A model generated the notes under the pieces. It did no database searches. It was given only the letters and a program-made list of their open reading frames with translations, and was not told the origin of the DNA. A DNA stretch of 55,794 nt, from the IMG/VR virus record IMGVR_UViG_3300034374_009302, positions 1-55,794 of that record. One strand, written 5' to 3'. Shown here in pieces: positions 1 through 9,285 of the stretch (its first letter is position 1; the number at the start of each line of letters is the position of its first letter). Source of the stretch: a virus (lineage: Duplodnaviria; Caudoviricetes). A program made the position numbers and the translations under genes.

Positions 1-474
1 CTCTTCACCCATAGCCTTGAAAACCTTTAAGATTTCCTCGTCAGATGCATCAGTTAAATCCAAAGGAAGTAAAACTTCTTCTTCATCATCGACTTCCATA
101 TCGTCACCAGGTAAGTCCATCATTAACATGTCAGCCATGTCAACTTCTTCACCTTCGTCTTCCATTTCGTCTTCTGATTCTTCATCAGAGTCCATGTCCA
201 TATCCATGTCCATATCCTCTTCTTCGTCGTCAATGTCAAGTCCCATTTCTTGTTCGTCCATTTTGTATGAACCTTCTTCTACTTCTGAACCTTCTTCCAT
301 TGCCACGTCTTCAATCTCAACATCCTCCTCAGACAGAGATTCCTTTACTAATTCGCTGATTTCTTCCTTCATAGTAGAAGCAAGTATTCCTTTTGCGTTT
401 TGAGTAACGGCTTCTTCCAAATTTTTCATTTGTAATAGTGCCTCTTCAACTAATGATTTTTTGTTTTCGCTCAT
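1..474 (-). CDS. Highly acidic prohead core/scaffold-like protein (5' part; runs off the window)
   Basis: Read by hand, not in the ORF track: ATG at 474, MSENKKSLVEEALLQMKNLEEAVTQNAKGILASTMKEEISELVKESL then a D/E/M-rich tract, open to position 1. It lies downstream of the prohead protease, as T4 gp22 does. Function is inferred from position and composition. Confidence 0.65.
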   Translation of the reverse strand, partial: MSENKKSLVEEALLQMKNLEEAVTQNAKGILASTMKEEISELVKESLSEEDVEIEDVAMEEGSEVEEGSYKMDEQEMGLDIDDEEEDMDMDMDMDSDEESEDEMEDEGEEVDMADMLMMDLPGDDMEVDDEEEVLLPLDLTDASDEEILKVFKAMGEE

Positions 475-506
475 TATAATTTTTTGCGCAAGAGTTTATT
501 TTCTCT

Positions 507-513
507 ATAAATA
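507..513 (-). promoter_or_regulatory. TATTTAT putative late-promoter motif
   Basis: The same heptamer sits on the sense strand shortly upstream of about 20 head-module or late-type genes (see findings). Confidence 0.6.
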
Positions 514-556
514 TTGCGAAAACATAAAAAATTTATTTTATTATATATAAGAGCAT

Positions 557-584
557 AAAAAAATCGGGTTTTAGCCCGATTTTT
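557..584. terminator. Intrinsic terminator, possibly bidirectional
   Basis: aaaaaaatcggg-ttttag-cccgattttt hairpin with flanking A/T runs. Confidence 0.75.
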
Positions 585-607
585 ACAGTTAATAAGATTA
601 AGATTTT

Positions 608-826
608 TTACTCAAACACCTCATCGATTTTACTTTCAACACACGCAGTGATTCTCCAATCGTGTGGAAAGCCCTCGAAATTTTTGGTTACTTTGGCTTC
701 AACATCAGTAACGTTGATACCCTTAACGAGTTTCTCTTCTCTGACTTTTTTGATTTTACCTGAATTTTCATCAGGGAGGTCATAACTGATTTTCGCAACG
801 AAATACTTTTCTTCCATAATTGACAC
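608..826 (-). CDS. DUF4494-like small protein
   Basis: YFVAKISYD..GKIKKVREEKLV....TDVEAKV resembles the Bacteroidota DUF4494 N-terminal pattern (recalled). The start may be ATG 817. Confidence 0.5.
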   Translation of the reverse strand: MSIMEEKYFVAKISYDLPDENSGKIKKVREEKLVKGINVTDVEAKVTKNFEGFPHDWRITACVESKIDEVFE

Positions 827-837
827 TTATTTAGTTT

Positions 838-1557
838 TTAATACCCTAAATAATCGGACAATCTTTTCATTAAGTCAATAGATGCACCCATACCACCATC
901 TAAACGTGGTTCATTTTGTGGTCTTTTTTCCTCTTCCAAGTTTTCGTCATACTTCATTTTGTCGTCTTTGTTCAAGAAAAGATACGCACCTGGTGTAGAT
1001 GGTGATGATACCAAGTCAAAACAAATAAGTTCAAAATCTTCTTGAACTTCGTTTCTTTCACCCTTTTTAGCTAAAGAACCCACACCACGAGAAGATACCC
1101 CCATAGTCACACCTTGTCTCATAAGGTTTGCCGCTTGGTCACCTGGACATGAAACAACACCTTCCTTATGGAAACCTGGTGAGGTTAGAAGTTTAATCTT
1201 ACCCATCAATGTATTACCTTCCCACCACATATCTGTGATAAGGTGAGACACACGGTCCAAATCAATCAATGATGATTCAGGGTGATTAAGTTCAGATATG
1301 GACAATCCTTTTTTGATTGCTCCTTGATATCTGTCGGCTTCTCTACGTAAAATCTTTTCAGGATATACACGACCGTTTCTGTTTGGGGTGTCGTATTTTT
1401 GTAGGACGGCATAGAACTCAAACGGCTTTGAATGGTCCAACTGTCCATAAGACTCTTTAATCACTTCAGCATTCCTTCTTTCTTTTGGGTCGATAAATCC
1501 TGCGTCCCATTCTATTAAAATGCCCTTACCTGTATCTTGTGGTCCTAAAACTCTCAT
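838..1557 (-). CDS. Prohead core protein protease (T4 gp21-like)
   Basis: Motifs NRNGRVYP, ELNHP, VSH, GVSSRGVGSL, DLVSSPSTPGAY. Confidence 0.93.
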   Translation of the reverse strand: MRVLGPQDTGKGILIEWDAGFIDPKERRNAEVIKESYGQLDHSKPFEFYAVLQKYDTPNRNGRVYPEKILRREADRYQGAIKKGLSISELNHPESSLIDLDRVSHLITDMWWEGNTLMGKIKLLTSPGFHKEGVVSCPGDQAANLMRQGVTMGVSSRGVGSLAKKGERNEVQEDFELICFDLVSSPSTPGAYLFLNKDDKMKYDENLEEEKRPQNEPRLDGGMGASIDLMKRLSDYLGY

Positions 1558-1574
1558 AGTAATAATTCTTTATT

Positions 1575-1581
1575 ATAAATA
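1575..1581 (-). promoter_or_regulatory. TATTTAT putative late-promoter motif
   Basis: 17 nt upstream of the prohead protease start. Confidence 0.6.
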
Positions 1582-1595
1582 CTCTTAAATGGAGA

Positions 1596-1991
1596 TTATT
1601 CTATAATGATATCCCACTCAGTAATATTAACTCCGAGATACTTTGTATATTTTTTATTCATAATATTTGCAACATGAATAGATATATCTGTACCTAACGG
1701 TAAATCATCACCTGTATAAATGTCTTTTATTGCCCATATGTTTGCAAATTCTGTCACGTCTTTCTCACCATAGTATTCGTATAAAACCTTGTCTATGGAT
1801 ACCAAAACACTTAACCCATCTTCAATATCTCCTTCCAACATTACTTTGTTAAAAGTCACAGTGGTAAATTCCTTTTCAAATATAAATTGGGCGGGGTCAA
1901 TACGATTATTAAGGTCATCAATGACGGTATTAGCCTCATTGATAACCTTTTTTAATCTTTTTAATTGTGATTCTGTAATTGTGATTTTCAC
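1596..1991 (-). CDS. Hypothetical protein with capsid-targeting-like N-terminus
   Basis: GTG start, MKITITESQLKRLKKVINE leader, TATTTAT at 2007-2013. Confidence 0.7.
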   Translation of the reverse strand: MKITITESQLKRLKKVINEANTVIDDLNNRIDPAQFIFEKEFTTVTFNKVMLEGDIEDGLSVLVSIDKVLYEYYGEKDVTEFANIWAIKDIYTGDDLPLGTDISIHVANIMNKKYTKYLGVNITEWDIIIE

Positions 1992-2013
1992 CGATTAAGT
2001 TTTAATATAAATA

Positions 2014-2451
2014 TTAAACTTTCACCGATTTTGTTTTGTAGAAGGTAAAATACTCTGAATTCATCAGTTCGTCATTATAAACTGACTTACAAATATCTTT
2101 AATTTTTTGTCTTAATATTGGTGATTTAAAATCTACAGGATTTTTAATGAATAGTGTAATTTCTAAATTCATAAAACTTCTCTTTCCCAACTGAATTCCA
2201 CTACTTCGTAAATCTAAGTCTACAATATTTTTTTGTTCGAACGTTAATGGGTCTACTGACTCCAATAAATTGTGTTTTATTTCTCTACACATATTCCCCG
2301 TTACACGGTCCCAGTTTGTGGCTTCTTTTTTTGGTTGGACCCACGATTGAATGGAGATATAAAGTGATTTAAATTCTTGGGAATCTACTGTCCCGTAATT
2401 ACATTTTGCGTTTTTAAAAATGTCTAATTTTGAAGTCTTCCCTTTTTTCAT
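2014..2451 (-). CDS. Hypothetical protein
   Basis: 145-aa ORF filling the gap in the head module; no motif recognised. Confidence 0.75.
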   Translation of the reverse strand: MKKGKTSKLDIFKNAKCNYGTVDSQEFKSLYISIQSWVQPKKEATNWDRVTGNMCREIKHNLLESVDPLTFEQKNIVDLDLRSSGIQLGKRSFMNLEITLFIKNPVDFKSPILRQKIKDICKSVYNDELMNSEYFTFYKTKSVKV

Positions 2452-2532
2452 ACATTGTTTTCATATACTTCGTTTATTTACTGTTAATAATAGCAAATAA
2501 CTCCTTGTGTGTCAAATTTGATTTTTTAGAGA

Positions 2533-2543
2533 TATTTATTTAT
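2533..2543 (+). promoter_or_regulatory. Two overlapping TATTTAT motifs upstream of bS21
   Basis: TATTTATTTAT ends 13 nt before the ATG at 2557. Confidence 0.55.
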
Positions 2544-2556
2544 ATTGAAGTAATAT

Positions 2557-2748
2557 ATGTTAATAGTAAAAGTAAACAAAGGTGAAAATATCGACCGAGC
2601 CCTAAAGAGGTATCGTTATAAGGTCATTCAAACAAAACAGTTGGTGGACTTAAAGGAAGGTCGTGAATATGAAAAGCCGTCACAGAAAAAAAGAAAGAAG
2701 ATGGCAAAAGCCAAATATATAGAAAAAAGAAAGGGTTTAGAAGACTAA
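2557..2748 (+). CDS. rpsU: Ribosomal protein bS21, phage-encoded
   Basis: 63-aa basic protein with GENIDRALKRY and YEKPS..KR; Bacteroidota-type MLI..V..GE start and Y54. Confidence 0.93.
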   Translation: MLIVKVNKGENIDRALKRYRYKVIQTKQLVDLKEGREYEKPSQKKRKKMAKAKYIEKRKGLED

Positions 2749-2758
2749 ACCCTTTTTT
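2730..2758. terminator. Bidirectional terminator overlapping the bS21 3' end
   Basis: aaagggtttag-aaga-ctaaacccttt plus a T run, between convergent genes. Confidence 0.75.
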
Positions 2759-2762
2759 AATT

Positions 2763-3491
2763 TTATAATCCCTCGTTAAGTTGTTTTAACTTATATAAGT
2801 TTACTAAGTCGTTTGGACTCTCTTTAATCTTTTGAATGGTTTGTTGAACTTTATCACTAAGTTCCATATCCTCAGAGTTTGTAGTATTTTTTAACTTTTC
2901 AATTACTGATTCTCTTAAAGAAGTCATTTCACTTTCAATATCTTTTTTACTTAAAGAAAGTAATGACTGTAACTCCATTTTTTCTGATTCCGAAATACTA
3001 CCGTATTCTTTGTTAAATGTATTGGTTGCAATCTTCAACATTGACGATAATGGAATGTTTGTAGATTCAGAAATTTGTTTCTCAATTTTTGGAGAAGTGA
3101 TTAATTTTTTAATCTCTTTTTTTGACTCCAAAACGGTCTCCAAATTTTTCATTCCTTTGTTATATAATACCTTATCAATATTTGAATATTCGTCTGTAGA
3201 TTCGCCTAATAACGTATCTACCCAATCAGATAACTCTTGGATATCTTTTTGATTTTTCTTAATAATGATTTGTAACTCGTTGAATGACTCCATGATGTAA
3301 TCAGGAGCGATGTCCATATCCATACCTTTTGGTGTTGACAATTGGTCGTAAATGTAGAACGCTTCGGCCAAAGATTTTTTATTCAAAACCTTTTCTTTGA
3401 AGTTTTTCATCATCGGTTTGAACGTATCCTTACCGTATGCTTTAGTAAGACTATTTTCAATTTTTGACTTTAAAATACCAATCTTATTCAT
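2763..3491 (-). CDS. Hypothetical helical protein next to the portal
   Basis: 242-aa ORF; TATTTAT at 3506-3512. Confidence 0.75.
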   Translation of the reverse strand: MNKIGILKSKIENSLTKAYGKDTFKPMMKNFKEKVLNKKSLAEAFYIYDQLSTPKGMDMDIAPDYIMESFNELQIIIKKNQKDIQELSDWVDTLLGESTDEYSNIDKVLYNKGMKNLETVLESKKEIKKLITSPKIEKQISESTNIPLSSMLKIATNTFNKEYGSISESEKMELQSLLSLSKKDIESEMTSLRESVIEKLKNTTNSEDMELSDKVQQTIQKIKESPNDLVNLYKLKQLNEGL

Positions 3492-3512
3492 TTTTCTTTT
3501 TTTTAATAAATA

Positions 3513-5414
3513 TTACGAATCTAGTAAGTCATTCAGTTTTTTCTCAATCTCACCTAAAGACTGACGACCTTTTGACAAATCTATTGTCGTGTCGTTACCA
3601 AATAATGAACTATCTTCTAAGATTAAATCTAAGTCTTTGTTCTTAACCAACGATTCAGGAGTAATCTCTCCACCGGCACCTGCACCGACCTCAGTTTCAC
3701 CTGCCGTCTCAGCACCTAAGTCACCTCCAAGGTCACCACCTAAGTCTGCACCACCACCAAAGTCAGAACCTCCACCGAAGTCACTTCCAAAGTCAGAGCC
3801 ACCTCCAAAGTCGTCTCCACCTTCTTCACTTCCTGCTTCACCTTCTGCAGCCTTACCTTTCTCACCGTATAGTTTGTCAATATTGTCAAACAGACCTGTG
3901 TGAATGATAACCTCAGCAGTTTTCTCAAGTTCAGCACCAACAGCTTTCTCAATACGTTGTTGTTGGATATCCAATTTAATCTCTTCATCAGAGAATCCAA
4001 GAATGTGTTTCTTAGCCCATGATGACGATACTGGTTGAATACCATTACCTGGGTCAGATACCGCATCTCTATACAACTGAATTTTCTGTTGCCATTGTTC
4101 TACCTTAAGAAGGTCAGCTTGAGTTGATGGGTTAGTCAATCCTAATGTAAAGTTATTCAATTCGTCCTCAAAACCTAAGATATATAAGTGGATGATTGCA
4201 ATCTTATTCAATTCCTGAATCATCGACCTTTGAATTCTGTTGATAGTTCTTGCAAAACGAATATCCTGTAATGCCAAGTTCTTACCTTCACCAGTAACCT
4301 CCTCAAAACCTAAGAATGCCTTAGGAACACGAAGTGCTGTCAATAGTTTCTTTTGGATGTATTCAATATCCGCAATCTCTGACAGGTTCTGTGCACCTGG
4401 TAAAGTATCAATAGGGTTCGGAGCGTTAGGGTCACGAACAGGAATAAAGTAATCTTGGTCAACGGCCATTTGGTTCATACGTAGGTCGACATTACCCGTT
4501 GCTGGGTCTGCGACCTGGTCACGTTTGAACTTATTGGCGACTCGCTGTACATACGGTTCAACATCTTTGTCGTCCATGTTACCGACGAATACTTTAAACA
4601 CCCTTCTCTCAGGTGCTCTCGATGTTCTATAGATTAACATCGCATCTTCAGAAAGAATAAGTTGTTTCCAAATTCTTCTGGCTTTCTCCAACATAGACGT
4701 TCCGTAAGGAAGTTTTCTGTCATCACCCAATAATCTAAAGTGAGCAATCTCCCAAGTGTTGAACTCCATGTCTTTGTTTTTCCACGTGAACTTCATCGCC
4801 TCAGTTTGTTCACCATCGTGAGATAAACTGTATTGATTGTGAGAACCACTCTTCATACCTCTCTCCAATCTTTCGATTTCAATGTTCGGCATTTGAACAC
4901 CACCCATTACACCCTTATCAGGGTCTAACTTCAGGTATACGAAGTTATCACCATACTTACAGGTGTTTCTTGTCCACATCGGTAAGTTGGTGTCAATATC
5001 CAATCTGTTGTTGAATAGGTCCGCCAATACCGACTTAATACGATTACTCTCAGAGTAAATTTGTAAGATGTAACCATCTTCGTTTGCAGTTGTAGATTCC
5101 TCAGAATAGATATCCAACGCTGCAGATATCTCAGGAGTATATTCCATACTCTCATAATCATAGAACGCAGCCAAACGTGTTGGTTCATAATAGACGGCTT
5201 GAGTATATAAGTTATTTTCTACTTTCTGCCATTGTTGACCCAAATAAAGAGTTTGTTGAGCTTGAAGTTTTTCTCTCTCATACTCTTGCTTATCAGGGGT
5301 TTTTAACAGTTCCTTCTTGTCAAACTTATATACAGGAGTTTGCTGGTCCAATGATGAATCAGGACCAAATACTTTGGTAAGTCTCTGCCAAACTGTATAA
5401 TTATTCTCCGCCAT
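3513..5414 (-). CDS. Portal vertex protein (T4 gp20-like)
   Basis: LSEDAMLIYRTSRAPERRVFKVFVGNM, DYFIPVR, IDTLPGAQNL..I.DIEYIQKKL..ALRVP, DIRFARTINRIQ; G/D-rich C-terminal tail. Confidence 0.94.
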   Translation of the reverse strand: MAENNYTVWQRLTKVFGPDSSLDQQTPVYKFDKKELLKTPDKQEYEREKLQAQQTLYLGQQWQKVENNLYTQAVYYEPTRLAAFYDYESMEYTPEISAALDIYSEESTTANEDGYILQIYSESNRIKSVLADLFNNRLDIDTNLPMWTRNTCKYGDNFVYLKLDPDKGVMGGVQMPNIEIERLERGMKSGSHNQYSLSHDGEQTEAMKFTWKNKDMEFNTWEIAHFRLLGDDRKLPYGTSMLEKARRIWKQLILSEDAMLIYRTSRAPERRVFKVFVGNMDDKDVEPYVQRVANKFKRDQVADPATGNVDLRMNQMAVDQDYFIPVRDPNAPNPIDTLPGAQNLSEIADIEYIQKKLLTALRVPKAFLGFEEVTGEGKNLALQDIRFARTINRIQRSMIQELNKIAIIHLYILGFEDELNNFTLGLTNPSTQADLLKVEQWQQKIQLYRDAVSDPGNGIQPVSSSWAKKHILGFSDEEIKLDIQQQRIEKAVGAELEKTAEVIIHTGLFDNIDKLYGEKGKAAEGEAGSEEGGDDFGGGSDFGSDFGGGSDFGGGADLGGDLGGDLGAETAGETEVGAGAGGEITPESLVKNKDLDLILEDSSLFGNDTTIDLSKGRQSLGEIEKKLNDLLDS

Positions 5415-5429
5415 TTTTTTCTTTGTTTA

Positions 5430-5436
5430 ATAAATA
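5430..5436 (-). promoter_or_regulatory. TATTTAT putative late-promoter motif
   Basis: 15 nt upstream of the portal start. Confidence 0.6.
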
Positions 5437-5475
5437 GTAAGAACTTAATTCAATAATTAAACTTTACTATTTTAT

Positions 5476-7257
5476 TTATCTTCTACCCCCGAATAACCAT
5501 AAATAGTCTTGATAATCACTTCTTGACGGATTACCTCCCATTCTGTGTTGATTCCCATAAGGGTCTGCCGGCATTGTTGGAACACCTGGGTTAAAATTAC
5601 CCACAGGGTTTTTAACGGGATTTTCATTTACCGTCCAACTTTCTACCATCGCTTTGGTTTGTTCTGTAACCTTCTCTAAACTACTAAAGGAGTTCTCACC
5701 AACGTATATTGCCATTGCAAGGGCCATAATAAGGTCATCGTGTTGACCCTTTTGGTGGTCAGGTCTACCATTGATATAAACAAACGTATTAAGTTCATTT
5801 AAACACCTTACAGACCTTAATTGGAAGTTGTGTCTTAACGCCTCCTCAAAGGAGGCAACAATCTGAACCCTTTTAGAGTTAAAGTTAAGTCCAGGTATCT
5901 TCTCTTGTAGTTTAGGGTTATACTTCCACTTATCCGCGGCATTCATACCTTCAACATATAGACTTTGGTAACCCATCTCTTGAAGCTTTCGGGATGTTGA
6001 TACTCCCATACCACCAGTAATATCAATAACCACAAATGCATTATACATTGTCGCCCATTTAAATGCCACCTCAGCGGCAACATCAGGTGGTATCTTACCT
6101 AAGTATTCCAATACCTGTTCTCTCTCGTCAAAGTCCACAATACTAAAGGTCGTAAAATCCTCACTATCACCACGAGAAACATCAATACCCATAATGTATT
6201 TATGACCTTCAATTGGCTCTTTCCATTGCCACAATGCACCACCCATAAACTTATTCTCAGGGTCACGAATGTAGTTTTCCTTAATCATCTCCACAGTCTC
6301 AGGTGGAATAACGTTATCCCCCGAACCTAAGAAGTTACACTCCAATTCCTGAGAAATCTTTCTACGGTCAAACTTTAACTTCTTAGCCATGTTTTCAAAC
6401 CAAGAAGAATACGGTTTATATCCTTCAATAAATCTTTCTTTAATCTCCTCAAAATCACGAGTCATAGGGTCCAAATGTGAATAGTCGATAATAATTTTAC
6501 TATCGTCATAATCTTCTCTATTCAACATATAATGAACAATATCCTTCGTCTTTATAAGTTTTAAGTCTTTGGCATAACGAGGGTCACGGTACCAATACAT
6601 CTCAGTAATCTTGAAATCATTCATCTTTCTTACCGCTTGTTCGTAAATGGTGTAGTAGATAGGGTCAAAACCGTTAGGTGTTGAAATTACAATCACCTTA
6701 CCACCCGTAGACAACGACGCCATACACGCAGACCAGAAGTCATCATCTGCTTCGATAAAGGCCGCCTCATCAAAAATAAGAATAGTAGGGGTATAACCAC
6801 GCAAGGCATCCTTTGACGTAGCAACGGCTTTTACTTCACACCCATTGGTTAACTTAAAGTGTCGTTGTGAGTTTTTCTCCTGTGAGAATTTAACACCCAA
6901 CCAATCCGGCCATTGGTCAACGAATGACCTTACCTTATTGGCAAATTCCATAGAGGTGTCCAATTTGTTGGCAATGATTAGAATCTTCTCAGGTTTTTTC
7001 TTCTGAGCAGTCACCAACTTTTTTGAAGCCCAAGCGGCGGTAACTGTAGATACCCCCGCCTGTCTATACTTCAATGCAATATTTTCTTCGAAATTGTCGT
7101 AGTCGTTAATGAGATGTTCCTGGTCGGGAAATAAATCCAACGGAACATACATTGACTGTGTGTTATCGTAAGTCTGTAGATATGTTTTTAGAGCATATGG
7201 CGTATCCTTGACAATTTTTGCATACTCTAATAATACTTTTTCTCTGGTTAACGCCAT
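5476..7257 (-). CDS. terL: Terminase large subunit (T4 gp17-like)
   Basis: Walker A variant KYRQAGVST, Walker B LIFDEAAF, coupling motif ISTPNG, QELEC.F, nuclease motifs GIDVSRGDSEDF and HDDLIMA. Confidence 0.95.
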   Translation of the reverse strand: MALTREKVLLEYAKIVKDTPYALKTYLQTYDNTQSMYVPLDLFPDQEHLINDYDNFEENIALKYRQAGVSTVTAAWASKKLVTAQKKKPEKILIIANKLDTSMEFANKVRSFVDQWPDWLGVKFSQEKNSQRHFKLTNGCEVKAVATSKDALRGYTPTILIFDEAAFIEADDDFWSACMASLSTGGKVIVISTPNGFDPIYYTIYEQAVRKMNDFKITEMYWYRDPRYAKDLKLIKTKDIVHYMLNREDYDDSKIIIDYSHLDPMTRDFEEIKERFIEGYKPYSSWFENMAKKLKFDRRKISQELECNFLGSGDNVIPPETVEMIKENYIRDPENKFMGGALWQWKEPIEGHKYIMGIDVSRGDSEDFTTFSIVDFDEREQVLEYLGKIPPDVAAEVAFKWATMYNAFVVIDITGGMGVSTSRKLQEMGYQSLYVEGMNAADKWKYNPKLQEKIPGLNFNSKRVQIVASFEEALRHNFQLRSVRCLNELNTFVYINGRPDHQKGQHDDLIMALAMAIYVGENSFSSLEKVTEQTKAMVESWTVNENPVKNPVGNFNPGVPTMPADPYGNQHRMGGNPSRSDYQDYLWLFGGRR

Positions 7258-7277
7258 ACTCCATGATACTTACTTTT

Positions 7278-8561
7278 TTATGATAAAGAAATACCTAAGT
7301 CACCCAAAAAGTCTCTGAACTCATCATCGTCATCATCGTCATCGTAATCAGATAATGCATCCTCCAAATCATATTGACGTAACTCCTCAATGATTTCATC
7401 AACCATTCTGTTTAAGATTTGTTTTCCTTTGTCGGTACCCTTTAGAATCTCACGAGCTACCTCAAAGAACTCCTCTGTTGACAACATTGAGAAACGTGAG
7501 AACAAATAGTTCTGAATCTCTCTTAAGTCATCTTCGAACAATCTTTCAGGATATGCCTCCACGAATTTTTCCCAAATAACAGGTCCCAAACGTAAATCCC
7601 AAATTTCGTAAGGAAGGGTATCCTGTGAACCCATAACCAATTCCGCGGCTTTAGGGTCGTCAGGTAGACCTTGAGTTCCCAATGCTTCATATACACCTTT
7701 TAAAAGTTCGTGTATCAATACAGGGAAGAATAACCCCTTAGCTTTGATTGTTGGTGGGTCGGTTTCATCATCAACTTCTTCAGAACCCTGAACACCTTCA
7801 CCTTCACCCGCCATCATCTGAGTCATTTGGTCAGGAATAATCCAATACATAATGTCAGCAATTGACATCAATACACCATAAAGATTCAATAGTTGTGGGT
7901 CGAGACGGTTAAGTTCATCCGATACCAAATTATACATATAGTGACCCTTTTTAGATGCCCCTTGAATAAGTGAGTTAATGAAACGACGTTTTGCCTTTTC
8001 CATGTCAAATTTATCCATCGCATCCATAAACGCATCGATATCGTCTTCCATATCATCAGCATCTTGGTCACCGAAGGCTTTCATAATTTCCTCCTCATCG
8101 GGTTCTTCATCTGACTGACCTCTCATTTTAGAGGTGTCAATCTCACCCATACCTGAAAGTAGTTCAACGTCGTATTGGAATGCATCATCAGGAAGACCCA
8201 TTTCTTTTTTTACCAAATCAATGGCTAAGTTTTCCAAATACTCTTCATTGTTTGACTCGATAGATTTTACCTGTTGAACTGCTCTTTGAAGCATCATCTG
8301 CAATTCCATGAAGGCGTTAGGTCCTGAGATGTCTTGCATCCCAGTGTATTGTTTTACCTTATCAACAACATCACCAAATCTTTTAGATGCCAATTTTTCT
8401 TCAAACGAACTAACAACACCATCACCGTCAACATCAATATCCAATGCTGGGTTATCTGATAAAGGTGTCTCACGACCCTGAATCTTTGCCTGAATATCAG
8501 GTGCCATTCTTTCTGGTCTATCACCGTAATCTATTGGTGCTTCATTAATCTTCTTGCTCAT
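7278..8561 (-). CDS. Hypothetical acidic protein of the head/packaging module
   Basis: 427-aa ORF directly upstream of terL; begins MSKKINE. Confidence 0.8.
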   Translation of the reverse strand: MSKKINEAPIDYGDRPERMAPDIQAKIQGRETPLSDNPALDIDVDGDGVVSSFEEKLASKRFGDVVDKVKQYTGMQDISGPNAFMELQMMLQRAVQQVKSIESNNEEYLENLAIDLVKKEMGLPDDAFQYDVELLSGMGEIDTSKMRGQSDEEPDEEEIMKAFGDQDADDMEDDIDAFMDAMDKFDMEKAKRRFINSLIQGASKKGHYMYNLVSDELNRLDPQLLNLYGVLMSIADIMYWIIPDQMTQMMAGEGEGVQGSEEVDDETDPPTIKAKGLFFPVLIHELLKGVYEALGTQGLPDDPKAAELVMGSQDTLPYEIWDLRLGPVIWEKFVEAYPERLFEDDLREIQNYLFSRFSMLSTEEFFEVAREILKGTDKGKQILNRMVDEIIEELRQYDLEDALSDYDDDDDDDEFRDFLGDLGISLS

Positions 8562-8676
8562 CTCTAAATTTGATATTTAATTCGTTAAACTTTAAGAAAC
8601 TTGGTAATTCTTTTTCTACCGCCTTTGGGGCTGGTTTGTGTTTTGGTTGGTATGGAGTCTTTCTACCTGGTTTTTC

Positions 8677-9285
8677 TTACGTACCAGGTTTAACTCTTGA
8701 GGGTGCAACTTCAGTATCTGCAGCCTTTGGAGCCGGTTTGTGTTTCGGCTTATAAGGTGACTTTCTCTCAGGTTTAGTCCTCGTTGGTGTCTTTACAGGG
8801 GCTTCCTTTGTACCAGGTGCCTGTTCCAACATCTTTAATAGGTCTTTCTTACTCATCGTCTCTTCAGGGATATATTTACGAATCAAAGATACTAAAGATT
8901 CTTCGATTTGTCTAATCTTTTCCTCTTTATTCTCCTCACCCATCATAGCTCTGTTGTTATCTGAATCGTCATCCATACCGTCAGGTGCCATATCGTTCTC
9001 ATCGTGTGGACCCTCTTGACCTGTGTAATCCTGACGAGCCAAATCTTCAAGACCGTCTTCATTCTCGTCCAATTCTTCCTCACCAACTAAATCATTCTTT
9101 AATTGTTGAGTCATTTGTCTGGCTTGTTGAATTTTAGAAGTTACCTCATCAGCCGCCGCTGACGCATCCTCCTGTTCTTTGATAATTGCCCCATATAATG
9201 AATCTATCTGAGACTCCGACAAATTTTTAAGGGTTTCAAACTTCAACCCTCTATCTAATAGTCTTGCAACTTTCTTATTATTCAT
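8677..9285 (-). CDS. Hypothetical acidic then Pro/Lys-rich protein; the frame continues past an in-frame TAA to 8545
   Basis: After the TAA at 8677-8679 the same frame reads EKPGRKTPYQPKHKPAPKAVEKELPSFLKFNELNIKFRDEQED*, repeating the upstream KSPYKPKHKPAPKA. Confidence 0.75.
   Translation of the reverse strand: MNNKKVARLLDRGLKFETLKNLSESQIDSLYGAIIKEQEDASAAADEVTSKIQQARQMTQQLKNDLVGEEELDENEDGLEDLARQDYTGQEGPHDENDMAPDGMDDDSDNNRAMMGEENKEEKIRQIEESLVSLIRKYIPEETMSKKDLLKMLEQAPGTKEAPVKTPTRTKPERKSPYKPKHKPAPKAADTEVAPSRVKPGT

Noticed and set aside
17-403. Ser-rich plus-strand ORFs (also 3589-3903, 10583-10855, 11583-11792, 33077-33289, 35091-35321 and similar)
   Set aside because: They are antisense shadows of Asp/Glu-rich minus-strand genes (GAA/GAT read as TCx/xTC).
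7040-7080. Terminase Walker A lacking the usual GKT/S lysine (KYRQAGVST) as a sign of inactivation
   Set aside because: All other ATPase and nuclease motifs are intact, and deviant Walker A motifs with an upstream Lys are known in terminases.
8677-8679. Genome-wide stop-codon reassignment
   Set aside because: TAA is the dominant genuine stop here, TGA and TAG also end genes cleanly, and long genes are intact under code 11. This is the only interrupted gene I found.
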